This document shows, in pieces, positions 19,807-29,730 of a stretch of DNA of 64,000 nucleotides (within the stretch, counting starts at the first letter, position 1; each line of letters begins with the position of its first letter). The stretch is from Thermoanaerobaculia bacterium (GTDB taxonomy: Bacteria > Acidobacteriota > Thermoanaerobaculia > Multivoradales > Multivoraceae). Position numbers and translations under genes: made by a program. Below the pieces are notes generated by a model. It saw nothing but the letters and a program-made list of their open reading frames with translations. It was not told the DNA's origin and ran no database searches. Location of the stretch: the NCBI GenBank assembly GCA_963664405.1, contig OY761158.1, positions 704,001 through 768,000 on the forward strand, in the 5' to 3' direction.

Positions 19807-20400
19807 CTAGACCTTCGAAACGACGACCCTGCCGCCGATGTATAGGTCTACCTTGACGCGTGCTCCGCTGGGTATGGCTTCATCGAGCTCCGATGTCGCC
19901 ATCTTGTTCATCTGAGTGCCGGAAACGCTCAACATGACTTCTCCCAGTCTTCCCGGCAGGATTGAAGTCGTTACGACACCCGAAGCACCGACGATCTCCG
20001 CCGGCGTCACCATCGAGCTGGCCTGCTGCTTCAAGAAGATACGGAACATCGCCAAACAGGCAAAGGCGAAGATCCCACCAGACATCGCACCGGCGACCGA
20101 CGAGAATAGAACTTTCCCGTAGAGATGCTGCACGATATAGGCCACACCACCGAAGCCGACCATCATCAGCGAGGCCCCACGGATCGAGAGCATTCCCGGA
20201 CCGTGAGCGTCTCCCGCTCCGTGGGCTCCGCCATGATCAGCGTCATAATCGAAGTCACCCTCGTCGGCATCGAAATCACTGTCCGCATCTCCCCCGAAAA
20301 TCAGGGAGAAGAGCGTGAAGACCATGCCGGCGAGAAAAATGGAGAAGAAGGTAATCTGAGCGAGAGATCCTTCAAACAAGGACAACACGAACTTGGCCAT
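19807..20400 (-). CDS. NfeD-like membrane protein
   Basis: Three TMs with an Asp/His-rich loop and C-terminal OB-fold (GEV..G..IPSGARVKV); upstream of flotillin. Confidence 0.82.
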   Translation of the reverse strand: MAKFVLSLFEGSLAQITFFSIFLAGMVFTLFSLIFGGDADSDFDADEGDFDYDADHGGAHGAGDAHGPGMLSIRGASLMMVGFGGVAYIVQHLYGKVLFSSVAGAMSGGIFAFACLAMFRIFLKQQASSMVTPAEIVGASGVVTTSILPGRLGEVMLSVSGTQMNKMATSELDEAIPSGARVKVDLYIGGRVVVSKV

Positions 20401-20403
20401 CCC

Positions 20404-21081
20404 TTAGTTCCTTTCCATTCTTGTATTCCTCAGCGTTCTCTCTTCGCTCTCGAAGCGGTGAAACTCTACTCGACTGCCCAGCTTCTCGGCGTAGTAGAGC
20501 TCGACCTCGGTAGTGGGGAACCACTCGAGGAGAGCGTTCCGAGCCGCAAAGATCTGATCTTCTTGCAGCACCCTGATCCGCTCGGGATTATCCATCCAAG
20601 CGCCGACGGTGTCGTAGATCAGGCATTCCGAGTGCCCGACTAGTACTACGCGCGACGGCGAAAATTGTTCGAGTGCCCTTCTAAGAGCTCGTTGCGGAGC
20701 CTGCAGCACCGTAGGCAGCTCGACGTCGGCCAGGGCGAGCACCATCGGGCCCCCGGGAACGGGCAACGGCTCGGTCGAGATATCGAGCTCTTTCGCAAAC
20801 TTCTGAAACGCCTCCTGGAAGAGCTCCTCGTTGCAGTAGACGATCAAGTCCGCGCCTTCGCGCTCCCTGATCTCCACGGCAAACACGCCTTCGCTCCCCC
20901 CATCGTCGACAACGACAGTTCGCACTTCCTTGGTAGTTTCCTCCAAGTACCAGACGGCGTAGAGAATGAGTCCACAGACGACCGCAACGACCAAGAAGGT
21001 AAGGGGAACTCGAAGCCTCTGTGGAATCGTCAGCGCAAGAACTCCATTCGCGGCGCCGGCCTGAAACTCATCGAAGGCCAC
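20404..21081 (-). CDS. Membrane-anchored, degenerate beta-carbonic anhydrase-like protein
   Basis: N-terminal TM; IVYCNEE...VPGG...VLVGHSEC parallels VVMCSDH...LPGG...CIAHEDC of 17492-18091. Confidence 0.6.
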   Translation of the reverse strand: MAFDEFQAGAANGVLALTIPQRLRVPLTFLVVAVVCGLILYAVWYLEETTKEVRTVVVDDGGSEGVFAVEIREREGADLIVYCNEELFQEAFQKFAKELDISTEPLPVPGGPMVLALADVELPTVLQAPQRALRRALEQFSPSRVVLVGHSECLIYDTVGAWMDNPERIRVLQEDQIFAARNALLEWFPTTEVELYYAEKLGSRVEFHRFESEERTLRNTRMERN

Positions 21082-21159
21082 AGGATTGTACTCCTTCGAG
21101 ATCTACAGACCCTGGGGTCGGCCAGGTTGACAGGCACCGGCGTGCTAGCGTCCGCTACG

Positions 21160-23046
21160 ATGATTCCGTACCGCTGGGTTGGCCTGGTTGCGCTCGTCGG
21201 CTGCTCTGGGCCGGGCACAAGCGAACGCGGGCCCGTCCGGGAAATGGGTTCCGCAGCGCCGGTGAATCAGGGACCCGTCTCGGCCGCCGCCGAGGCACTA
21301 GAGGTAACGGTGCCGAAATACCCGCTCGGCAATGCCTACTTTGGCGACCTACATGTCCACACCGCCTACTCGCTGGACAGCTATATCTTCGGCAATCGCC
21401 TCCTGCCGCGGGACGCCTACAGATTCGCCCGAGGCGAAGCCCTGGTACTGCGCGGCGGTGTGCGGCAGCAGCTCCGGGCCCCCCTCGACTTCGCCGCGGT
21501 CACCGACCATGCAGAGCTTTTCGGGGTCTACGCGGTCTGCGACGACAAAGGGCATCCGGCGTACTCGCATCCGATGTGCACGGGCATTCGCGACGGCGAC
21601 ATGGCCGTCTTCCGAGAGGGCTTCCACAACCTGAGTCAGCGACCGCCGCTGCCCTTCCGAGTCTGCGAAGACGGCGTCGACTGCCGCTCCGAAGCCGTCG
21701 GTCCCTGGCGAGAGCTGCAGCGGATCGCCCAGGAGTTCAACCAGCCTGGCACCTTCACGAGCCTCATCGGCTACGAGTACACGCCGAGCCTCGCTGACGG
21801 GGGAATGCTTCATCGCAACGTGATCTTCCGTGGCACGGCGGTCACCCAGGAGGCGCTCTCGTATTACGACCTCGCTACCAAGGCCGATCTCTGGCGGTGG
21901 TTGGAGGAAGCCTGCACCGGAGAGTGCGAGGTGCTCGCCATTCCCCACAACACCAACTACACCTGGGGCCTCGGCTTTGCCGAGACCAACGTCGACGGAC
22001 AGCCCTACAGCCAGGAAGACTGGCGGCGTCGAGCACAGACAGAGCCTCTGGTCGAGCTCATCCAGCACAAGGGCAGCTCCGAGTGCGCGCTGAGCCTGGG
22101 GTCCAGTGACGAGGAGTGCGCCTTCGAGCAGATGTTCCCTGCCTGCGACGAGGGTCAAGAGACGCGCTGTGCCCGCCACGGCTCGTTCGTCCGCGACGCA
22201 CTGAAGAGAGGCCTCGAGCTGGAAGTCGAGCTCGGCCTGAACCCGTTCAAGCTCGGCTTCATCGGCTCTACCGACACCCACAACGCCATTGCCGGTTCCA
22301 CCGATGAAGCGCGATTCGAAGGTCATAGCGCCGACAACGACAACACTCCATCGAGGCGACGAGGCAGCAGCATCGCAAGTCCGCGCTACCGCTTCAATCC
22401 GGGAGGGTTGGCGGGGGTCTGGGCGGAGTCGAACACGCGAGAAGCCATCTTCGACGCGCTGCGGCGGAGAGAGACCTTCGCCACAAGTGGCCCTCGAATC
22501 GCGGTCCGCTTCTTCGGCGGCACCGAGCTCGAGGCAGACCTCGCGGATCGCCGTGACTCGATCGAGCAAGCCCATGCAGTCGGCGTCCCGATGGGAGGTG
22601 ACATCCGCTCGGCGACGACTGGCAGTGCACTACGCTTCCTGGTCTGGGCGGTCAAGGACCCCGCGGGAGCTCGCCTGCAACGAGTTCAGGTGGTAAAGGG
22701 CTGGGTGGCCAACGGAGAGATGCAGGAGGCCGTGATCGACGTCGCCTGTTCTGACGGGCTCCAGCCCGACCCCACCACCCGACGCTGTCCGGACAATGGG
22801 GCCGACGTCGATCTGAGTGACTGCAGCCTATCGACCACTGGCGGTGACAGCGAGCTCAGCGTAGTGTGGACCGATCCGGACTTCGACCCTTCGCAGCGGG
22901 CCTTCTATTACGCCCGAGTGCTCGAGAACCCCTCCTGCCGTTGGACTACCTGGGAGTCCTTGAGCACGGGAGTCGATCCTCCTGGCGATGTCGCTGCGAT
23001 CATTCAGGAACGGGCCTGGTCCTCCCCGATCTGGTACACGCCTTGA
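21160..23046 (+). CDS. DUF3604 domain lipoprotein (PHP-like metallohydrolase)
   Basis: YFGDLHVHT, VTDHAE, GSTDTH, QERAWSSPIW; lipobox LVGC. Confidence 0.88.
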   Translation: MIPYRWVGLVALVGCSGPGTSERGPVREMGSAAPVNQGPVSAAAEALEVTVPKYPLGNAYFGDLHVHTAYSLDSYIFGNRLLPRDAYRFARGEALVLRGGVRQQLRAPLDFAAVTDHAELFGVYAVCDDKGHPAYSHPMCTGIRDGDMAVFREGFHNLSQRPPLPFRVCEDGVDCRSEAVGPWRELQRIAQEFNQPGTFTSLIGYEYTPSLADGGMLHRNVIFRGTAVTQEALSYYDLATKADLWRWLEEACTGECEVLAIPHNTNYTWGLGFAETNVDGQPYSQEDWRRRAQTEPLVELIQHKGSSECALSLGSSDEECAFEQMFPACDEGQETRCARHGSFVRDALKRGLELEVELGLNPFKLGFIGSTDTHNAIAGSTDEARFEGHSADNDNTPSRRRGSSIASPRYRFNPGGLAGVWAESNTREAIFDALRRRETFATSGPRIAVRFFGGTELEADLADRRDSIEQAHAVGVPMGGDIRSATTGSALRFLVWAVKDPAGARLQRVQVVKGWVANGEMQEAVIDVACSDGLQPDPTTRRCPDNGADVDLSDCSLSTTGGDSELSVVWTDPDFDPSQRAFYYARVLENPSCRWTTWESLSTGVDPPGDVAAIIQERAWSSPIWYTP

Positions 23047-23094
23047 TCTCCGGCCCTCGCTGACAATGGCTCAGTCAAGAGGAGAATCGAGCCA

Positions 23095-24750
23095 ATGAGA
23101 ACATCAACAGCTATCTGCCGACTCGGACTCGCCTTCGGCGCCCTGCTGGCACCGGCACCCCAAACTCTGGCGAGTGAGCCAATCTTCCCTTTCGAGGTCC
23201 GCGAGGTCTCGATCCCGATGGCCGACGGCGAACGGCTGTTTGGGAATCTCTACCTTTCGGGAGAGGGGCAACATCCGGCGATCGTCACCATCACTCAGTC
23301 TGCGGCAAAGAGCTGGTATAGATCCCATCTTCCCCGAGCTTCCTTCGCCCGCTCCGGCGATTACGCGGTCCTCTTCGTCAACACCCGCGGCAGGGGGGCC
23401 TCCAGAAACCTCAAGCGCAGAGGAGGCCGAAACCCCTTCGGCCAAGACGGCTACGACGTCATCGAATGGGTGGCGAGCCAGCCCTGGAACAACGGCAAGG
23501 TCGGTATGTGGGGAGGATCCAACGAGGGCAAGAATCAGTACGCGACAGCTCAGGCCCAGCCGCCCCACCTGGTCTGCATCATGCCGGCCATGACGACAAC
23601 CAACACCAAAGAGAAAGGCGACCTCTCCCGAAGCTACGAGCAGCTCTATCGGGGAGGAGTGCTACGTCACGAGCTCATCGATCGCCTTCCCTCTGAGAGC
23701 CCAGAGGTTCAGCAGGTTCTGGCCCACCCCCTCTATGACCCCTCGTTCTGGGAGCGAAGAGAGCCTGACGCCCCGACGGTCGCCGACATCGAGGTTCCGG
23801 TGATGGCCATCGGCGGGTGGTTCGACAACGACGTAAACCGTGCCAGCCTCAGAACATTCGAGTCTCTCTTGAGTGCGGCGAGCAATGAGCTGCGCCCTCA
23901 GCATCGATTGCTGATCGGCCCCTGGACACACACCGGCATGTACATTGACGGCCTCCACGGCCAGCTCTCCTACGACAACACCGCAGAGCTGTACCAGCAG
24001 CGCGAGAAGCAGTTCTTCGATCATTGGCTCCGCTCGATCGACAACGGCGAGCCCGAGACCCCCGCCATCACCTACTACGAGATGGGCGCCAACCGCTGGC
24101 AGACCACCCAGGACTGGCCACCCGGCGGCATGCGCGAAGTCTCGTTCTTCCTACACCCGGATCGATCGCTATCGGCCGCGCCAACCGCCGCCGATGCCGC
24201 CCCGCTGGCCTTTACCAGTGATCCTGACAACCCAGTTCCCACCGTGGGAGGCCAGAACAAGACAAGAGTCGCAGAGAAGGGGTCTTGGGACCAGCGAGAA
24301 AAGGTAGAGGGTCATCCCGATGTCCTCACCTTCTCCACCGCCCCCCTCGAGCGCGATCTGGCGATCGCCGGCGACCTCACCCTCCGTATCCATCTCTCTT
24401 CCGATGCGGAAGACACCGACATCGCCTTTCGACTCACCGATGTCCATCCCGATGGTCGCTCCATGCTTCTCCGCGATGGCATTCTCCGCCTCAGCCTGCG
24501 AAATTCCTTCGAGCGCTACGAGTTTCTGACCCCGGGCGAGATCTATAAGGCAACTGTAGAGACTATTCCCGTCGCCCACACTTTCAAGTCGGGACACAGG
24601 GTGCGCCTGGTCCTCTCGGGAAGCAACTATCCTCGCTGGGAAGTGAGCGGAAATACCCGAGACAAGAACGCCGCCCCAAAGGTAGCCACCAACACCCTCC
24701 ATCTCACTCCCGAGCACCCGACGCACCTGATACTGCCGGTAGTGGAGTGA
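23095..24750 (+). CDS. CocE/NonD family hydrolase
   Basis: DGYDVIEWVASQPWNNGKVG.WGGS, GGWFD, GPWTH, C-terminal jelly-roll. Confidence 0.9.
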   Translation: MRTSTAICRLGLAFGALLAPAPQTLASEPIFPFEVREVSIPMADGERLFGNLYLSGEGQHPAIVTITQSAAKSWYRSHLPRASFARSGDYAVLFVNTRGRGASRNLKRRGGRNPFGQDGYDVIEWVASQPWNNGKVGMWGGSNEGKNQYATAQAQPPHLVCIMPAMTTTNTKEKGDLSRSYEQLYRGGVLRHELIDRLPSESPEVQQVLAHPLYDPSFWERREPDAPTVADIEVPVMAIGGWFDNDVNRASLRTFESLLSAASNELRPQHRLLIGPWTHTGMYIDGLHGQLSYDNTAELYQQREKQFFDHWLRSIDNGEPETPAITYYEMGANRWQTTQDWPPGGMREVSFFLHPDRSLSAAPTAADAAPLAFTSDPDNPVPTVGGQNKTRVAEKGSWDQREKVEGHPDVLTFSTAPLERDLAIAGDLTLRIHLSSDAEDTDIAFRLTDVHPDGRSMLLRDGILRLSLRNSFERYEFLTPGEIYKATVETIPVAHTFKSGHRVRLVLSGSNYPRWEVSGNTRDKNAAPKVATNTLHLTPEHPTHLILPVVE

Positions 24751-24777
24751 TGGAACAAAGTCGAGACAAAAGCCGTA

Positions 24778-24943
24778 CTAGTGTTGTGTCTCCGACATGG
24801 CTTGCCAAGAGCTCGAGGTCATTTTGTTCGCTGTCAAGGAGCGACGAGGCAGGCATATTGGGAATATGTCGACGAGTCGTGACGACGGCAGCGGGCAAAA
24901 GGGGCCGAGATATTGGTAAGCCATGTCGGAGACACGGCACTAG
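24778..24943. repeat. MITE/REP-like hairpin element
   Basis: CTAG at both ends; near-identical to the reverse complement of 17308-17472. Confidence 0.92.
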
Positions 24944-24999
24944 GTATCTCCAATAGCTCACATTCGTGACGTATGAATCAAGTTTTTCTCGAAGCGAAC

Positions 25000-25134
25000 T
25001 CGTGCCGGCCGTTCAGGGTGCCCCAGATCGCCGCAGCGCAGGAGCGAGGCGACGTAGGCGTACTTTGGCGTACGTCGGAGGAGCCGAGCGACGAGCACGC
25101 GGTGAGGTGGGGTGCCCTGGACGGCCGGCGCTAG
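25000..25134. repeat. Related long hairpin element with GTAG core
   Basis: IR gccggccgttcagggtgcccca / tggggtgccctggacggccggc; core GTAGGCGTACtttggcGTACGTCG at 25054. Confidence 0.75.
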
Positions 25135-25215
25135 GAGGCAGTCCGCCGGGTAATAGCCGGGGCAGAGGGCCCGGATCGGGCAAACAGACTCAGAAGGGCG
25201 AGAGGGGACGCTTCG

Positions 25216-26112
25216 ATGGAACTGCGTATCGAAAACTTGTCGAAGACCTATCCAAACGGGGCCCAGGCTCTTCGCGACGTGAGTCTGTCGATCCCCACCG
25301 GGATGTTTGGACTCCTCGGCCCCAACGGAGCCGGGAAGTCCACTCTGATGCGCATCCTCGCCACCTTGCAAGACCCCGACACCGGCAGCGTCCACTTCGG
25401 AAACACCGACGTGCTGCGAGACAAGAAAGCCCTCCGCCGCACCCTCGGCTACCTTCCTCAGGAGTTCGGCCTCTACCCGAAGGTGTCCGCACTCCGATTG
25501 CTCGACCACTTTGCGGTGCTCGAGGGCATGCTCGATCGCAGGGAGCGCAAGGCAGTCGTCGATGCGCTGCTCCAGCAGACCAACCTCTGGCAAGCGCGAA
25601 AGGTAAAGGTCGGCGAGTACTCGGGCGGCATGCGACAACGCTTTGGCATTGCCGTGGCGCTGCTCGGCGACCCCAAGCTGATCATCGTCGACGAACCGAC
25701 CGCCGGCCTCGACCCCGAAGAGCGAGTGCGCTTCTTGAATCTCTTGGCCGAGATCGGTCGCGATAGCGTCGTCATTCTCTCGACTCACATCGTCGACGAC
25801 GTTGCCGAGCTCTGCAGCCGAATGGCCATCATCGACCAGGGTCGAATCATGCTCGAAACAGAACCGCTGGCCGCCGTCGCCAACCTCCGAGGCAAGGTCT
25901 GGCGACGGCTGATCGAGAGCGACCAGATGGAGAGCTACCGCGAGAAGTTTCATGTTCTCTCGAATCGACTGAGCCTGGGACGTAATGCGGTCCGCGTGCT
26001 CCACGAAGGCCTACCTGGCGAGGGCTTCGAGGAAGTAGAGCCCGATCTCGAGGACGTGTATTTCGCCACTCTGCGGCCGGTTATGCCCGCGACGGAGCCA
26101 GCGCAGGCGTGA
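25216..26112 (+). CDS. ABC transporter ATP-binding protein
   Basis: GPNGAGKS, YSGGMRQR, IVDEPTAGLD. Confidence 0.95.
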   Translation: MELRIENLSKTYPNGAQALRDVSLSIPTGMFGLLGPNGAGKSTLMRILATLQDPDTGSVHFGNTDVLRDKKALRRTLGYLPQEFGLYPKVSALRLLDHFAVLEGMLDRRERKAVVDALLQQTNLWQARKVKVGEYSGGMRQRFGIAVALLGDPKLIIVDEPTAGLDPEERVRFLNLLAEIGRDSVVILSTHIVDDVAELCSRMAIIDQGRIMLETEPLAAVANLRGKVWRRLIESDQMESYREKFHVLSNRLSLGRNAVRVLHEGLPGEGFEEVEPDLEDVYFATLRPVMPATEPAQA

Positions 26113-29100
26113 GTCGAACTCTGCAACTGCTCCTCTTCGAGCTCCGACTCTACTTACGGAGGTTCTCGACCTGGGTCTACTTCGTCATCCTGGCGGCGAT
26201 CGGATTCTTGTTCATGAACATCTTCGGCGGTGCCATCCCCAGCGTTAGCGCTTCGATCCAAGGCTCTGACGGCACAGTGATGATCAACTCGCCTTTCATC
26301 CTGATGCAGCTCACCTCGTTACTCGGACTGTTCGGCACACTGGTCGTGGCCGCCGTCGCCGGGAACGCCGGCTACCGCGATTTCGGCGAGAACATGCACC
26401 CGCTGATCTTCACCACCACAACCTCGAAGATCGAGTACGTGATCAGTCGCTACAGCGGAGCACTGATCGTGAGCTCCCTCGTACTGCTCGGTGTTGGTGT
26501 CGGACTCTGGCTCGGCTCGATCTCGCCATGGGTCGTCGAGAACCGATTCGGAGCCAACACTTTCGCCGCCTATTCCCGCCCCTATCTGCTGATTGTCGGA
26601 CCCAATGTGCTCTTCACTTCGGCCATCTTCTATTCGATGGCTCTGATGACGCGCAAGCGACTGCCCCACTACCTGGGGGGGGTGGCCCTGCTGCTCGGCT
26701 ACATGGTTGCAGGGGCAATGGCAGGCGACCTCGACACCAAGTGGATCGGCGCCCTTGCCGATCCCTTCGGCCTCAGCGCGGCGCAGTTGGTCACCGAATA
26801 TTGGACTCCCAGCGAGAAGAACACAGAGCTTCTCGGGCTCGAGGGGTGGGTGCTGATCAATCGTCTGTTGTGGGTCAGTATTGCGATCGCGATCGTCGCG
26901 CTCGCTGTTTGGCGCACCCGCTTCAGCCAGTTCACCGGTGGGGGGAAAAGCGCGAGCAAACCGACTCTCAAGCCCGCCGAAGCACCGATCGCGATGCGGA
27001 CGCGGATCGAATTGCCCCCGGCCCGCCGTTCTTTTGGCTTCGCCGCGGATCTCGCGCAATTGCGAGCCCTGACCACCAGGGCATTTAGAGAAGTCATCGT
27101 CAGCCCTGCCTTCGCCGGCATCCTCCTCGCCGGCGTGCTCTTCCTGGTCATGAGTGCGATGCAGCTCGAGACTCTCTTCGGCACCAGAACCTGGCCGATG
27201 GCGTGGAAGGTGATCGAGGTCTTAGGCGGTAGCTTCAGTCTCTTCGTCTGGATCCTGCTGACGCTCTACAGCGGTGAGCTGGTCTGGCGTGAGCGGGACC
27301 TCAAACTCGACCAGGTGATCGACGCGACTCCGACGCGATCCTGGGTCGTGCTCTTCTCGAAGCTGATCGCCCTCTCTGCGATCGTCCTGGCGCTCCTCGG
27401 AGTCGTCACAGTCTCCGGCATGGCCACCCAGCTCGTGCTCGGATTCTCCCGTCTCGAGCCCGGGCTCTATCTCGGCAAGCTCTTCGGCATGCAGCTCGTC
27501 GACTACCTTCTACTCGCCGTGCTGGCGCTGGCCGTCCACACTCTGGTCAACCACAAATACACCGGACACTTCTTGCTGATCTTGTTTTTTGTCGCCACCG
27601 ATCTCATGTCTCTGCTCGGTATCGAGCACTCGCTGTGGGGCTACGGGTCCGATCTGGGTCAGCCCTACTCAGACATGAACCGTCACGGCTGGTACCTCGG
27701 ACCTTTCGTCTGGTTCAAGCTCTACTGGGCCGGCTTCGCGATCCTGCTTGCGGTGCTTTCGAACCTGGTGTGGCCGCGAGGTGTAGACGGGCGCTTCAAG
27801 AACCGTCTCAGAGCCGCACGCTCGCGCGCCGGGAGGACAACTCTGGCGGCGAGCGCCGTCGGCCTGATGCTGGCACTGGGAGTAGGGGGCTATGTTTTCT
27901 ACAACACGAATGTCCGCAACGAATACAGGAGCTCCAATGAGCTGGAACGTCTGCGGGCAGGCTACGAGCAGAAGTACAAGCAACATCAGGGCCTTCCCCA
28001 GCCAAGAATCACCGCCGTCAAGCTGGAGGTAGATCTTTACCCGCAACGCGGTGACGTTGCCGCCCAAGGCACCTACGAGCTCACCAACCGAACCGATTCT
28101 CCGATCGACAGCTTTCACCTGTTGATAGACCCCGAAGTCGAAGTTCACCAGCTCAGTCTCGCAACACCGGCCAAGCTCAGCCACGAGGACAAGGACTTCG
28201 GTTACCGCATCTACGAGCTCGATCAACCTCTCGCACCCGGCGAGAGCTCCTCTCTGGACTTCGATCTGCTGCTGTCGAAGGACGGCTTCGCCCACGCTAT
28301 CCAGAACCAGGTGGTCGAGAACGGTAGCTTCGTGAGTAGCTCCATCTTGCCGAGCTTCGGCTACGACCCCGGCCCCGAGCTGAGCTTGGACCGTGTACGC
28401 GAGAAGTACGATCTCGAGCCCAAGGAGCGCCTGCCCGATCTCGACGACTCCAAGGCGCGGATGGACAACTACATCTCACGAGACGCCGACTGGGTCGACT
28501 TCGAAGTGGTTCTGAGCACCTCTTCAGATCAGATAGCTCTGGCGCCCGGGTACCTGCAGCGAGAGTGGCAGGACGGTGATCGGCGCTACTACCACTACAA
28601 GATGGATGCGCCGATCTTGAACTTTTTCTCGTTTCTCTCCGCTCGCTACGAAGTCGTCCGCGACCAGTGGAAGGACGTGGCGATCGAGGTGTACTACCAC
28701 CCGGGACATGAGTTCAACGTGCAGCGAATGGTCGAAAGCACAAAGAAGTCGCTCGAGTACTTCTCGGCAGAGTTCTCGCCCTATCAACATCGACAGCTGC
28801 GGATCCTCGAGTTTCCCCGCTACGCGTCCTTTGCGCAATCCTTTCCGAACACCGTCCCCTACTCGGAAAGCATCGGCTTCATCGCCAGGGTCAAAGAAGA
28901 AGACATCGACTACCCCTTCTACGTCACCGCCCACGAGGTAGCGCATCAGTGGTGGGCCCATCAGATTATCGGCGGCTACGTGCAAGGCTCGACAGTGCTC
29001 TCGGAAACATTGGCTCAGTACTCGGCGCTGATGGTGATGGAGCACGAATTCGGATCCGACAAGATCCGCCGCTTTCTCGAGTACGAGCTCGACCGCTACC

Positions 29101-29711
29101 TCTCCGGGCGCAGCGCCGAGCTCAAGAAGGAAGTTCCGCTGCTGCGGGTCGAGAATCAGCCCTACATTCACTACAGCAAAGGCTCGCTGATCATGTACGC
29201 GGTACGAGACGCGATCGGCGAGGAAGCAGTAAACCGAGCACTCGCCAGGCTACTCTCCGAGTGGGCTTTTCGCGGCCCGCCGTACCCCACAGCTCGGGAG
29301 CTACTTACCGAGCTGCGCGCGGAGACGCCTGAAGATCTCCAGGCCTGGCTCACGGATATGTTCGAGCACATCACCCTCTACGAGAATCGGGCCACAGAGG
29401 CAGTAGCGAAGCCCACGGGAAACGGGAGTTACGAGGTCAAGCTCGCTTTCGAGTCGCGCAAACTTCGCGCCGGCGAGCAGGGCGAGGAGACCGAAGTCGC
29501 CCTCGACGATCCGATCGACATCGGTGTCTTCGACGCCGACGGTGAGCCGCTCTACCTCGAAAAGCACCGGATCGACGGCTCGACCCGCGAGATCACGGTT
29601 GTGGTCGATGCTATGCCTGCAACGGCGGGGATCGACCCCTACAACAAGCTGATCGACCGCCACCCCGACGACAACGAGGTCCGGGTCGAGATCGAGGATT
29701 CTGAAGAGTGA
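26109..29711 (+). CDS. ABC-2 permease fused to M1 aminopeptidase
   Basis: Multi-TM N-terminal half; FAQSFP and HEVAHQWW...SE gluzincin motif. Confidence 0.9.
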   Translation: MSRTLQLLLFELRLYLRRFSTWVYFVILAAIGFLFMNIFGGAIPSVSASIQGSDGTVMINSPFILMQLTSLLGLFGTLVVAAVAGNAGYRDFGENMHPLIFTTTTSKIEYVISRYSGALIVSSLVLLGVGVGLWLGSISPWVVENRFGANTFAAYSRPYLLIVGPNVLFTSAIFYSMALMTRKRLPHYLGGVALLLGYMVAGAMAGDLDTKWIGALADPFGLSAAQLVTEYWTPSEKNTELLGLEGWVLINRLLWVSIAIAIVALAVWRTRFSQFTGGGKSASKPTLKPAEAPIAMRTRIELPPARRSFGFAADLAQLRALTTRAFREVIVSPAFAGILLAGVLFLVMSAMQLETLFGTRTWPMAWKVIEVLGGSFSLFVWILLTLYSGELVWRERDLKLDQVIDATPTRSWVVLFSKLIALSAIVLALLGVVTVSGMATQLVLGFSRLEPGLYLGKLFGMQLVDYLLLAVLALAVHTLVNHKYTGHFLLILFFVATDLMSLLGIEHSLWGYGSDLGQPYSDMNRHGWYLGPFVWFKLYWAGFAILLAVLSNLVWPRGVDGRFKNRLRAARSRAGRTTLAASAVGLMLALGVGGYVFYNTNVRNEYRSSNELERLRAGYEQKYKQHQGLPQPRITAVKLEVDLYPQRGDVAAQGTYELTNRTDSPIDSFHLLIDPEVEVHQLSLATPAKLSHEDKDFGYRIYELDQPLAPGESSSLDFDLLLSKDGFAHAIQNQVVENGSFVSSSILPSFGYDPGPELSLDRVREKYDLEPKERLPDLDDSKARMDNYISRDADWVDFEVVLSTSSDQIALAPGYLQREWQDGDRRYYHYKMDAPILNFFSFLSARYEVVRDQWKDVAIEVYYHPGHEFNVQRMVESTKKSLEYFSAEFSPYQHRQLRILEFPRYASFAQSFPNTVPYSESIGFIARVKEEDIDYPFYVTAHEVAHQWWAHQIIGGYVQGSTVLSETLAQYSALMVMEHEFGSDKIRRFLEYELDRYLSGRSAELKKEVPLLRVENQPYIHYSKGSLIMYAVRDAIGEEAVNRALARLLSEWAFRGPPYPTARELLTELRAETPEDLQAWLTDMFEHITLYENRATEAVAKPTGNGSYEVKLAFESRKLRAGEQGEETEVALDDPIDIGVFDADGEPLYLEKHRIDGSTREITVVVDAMPATAGIDPYNKLIDRHPDDNEVRVEIEDSEE

Positions 29712-29730
29712 GATCTCATCAGCCCATCAA

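Noticed and set aside
25216-29711. ABC permease-M1 peptidase fusion as a novel system
   Set aside because: A widespread, already annotated architecture.
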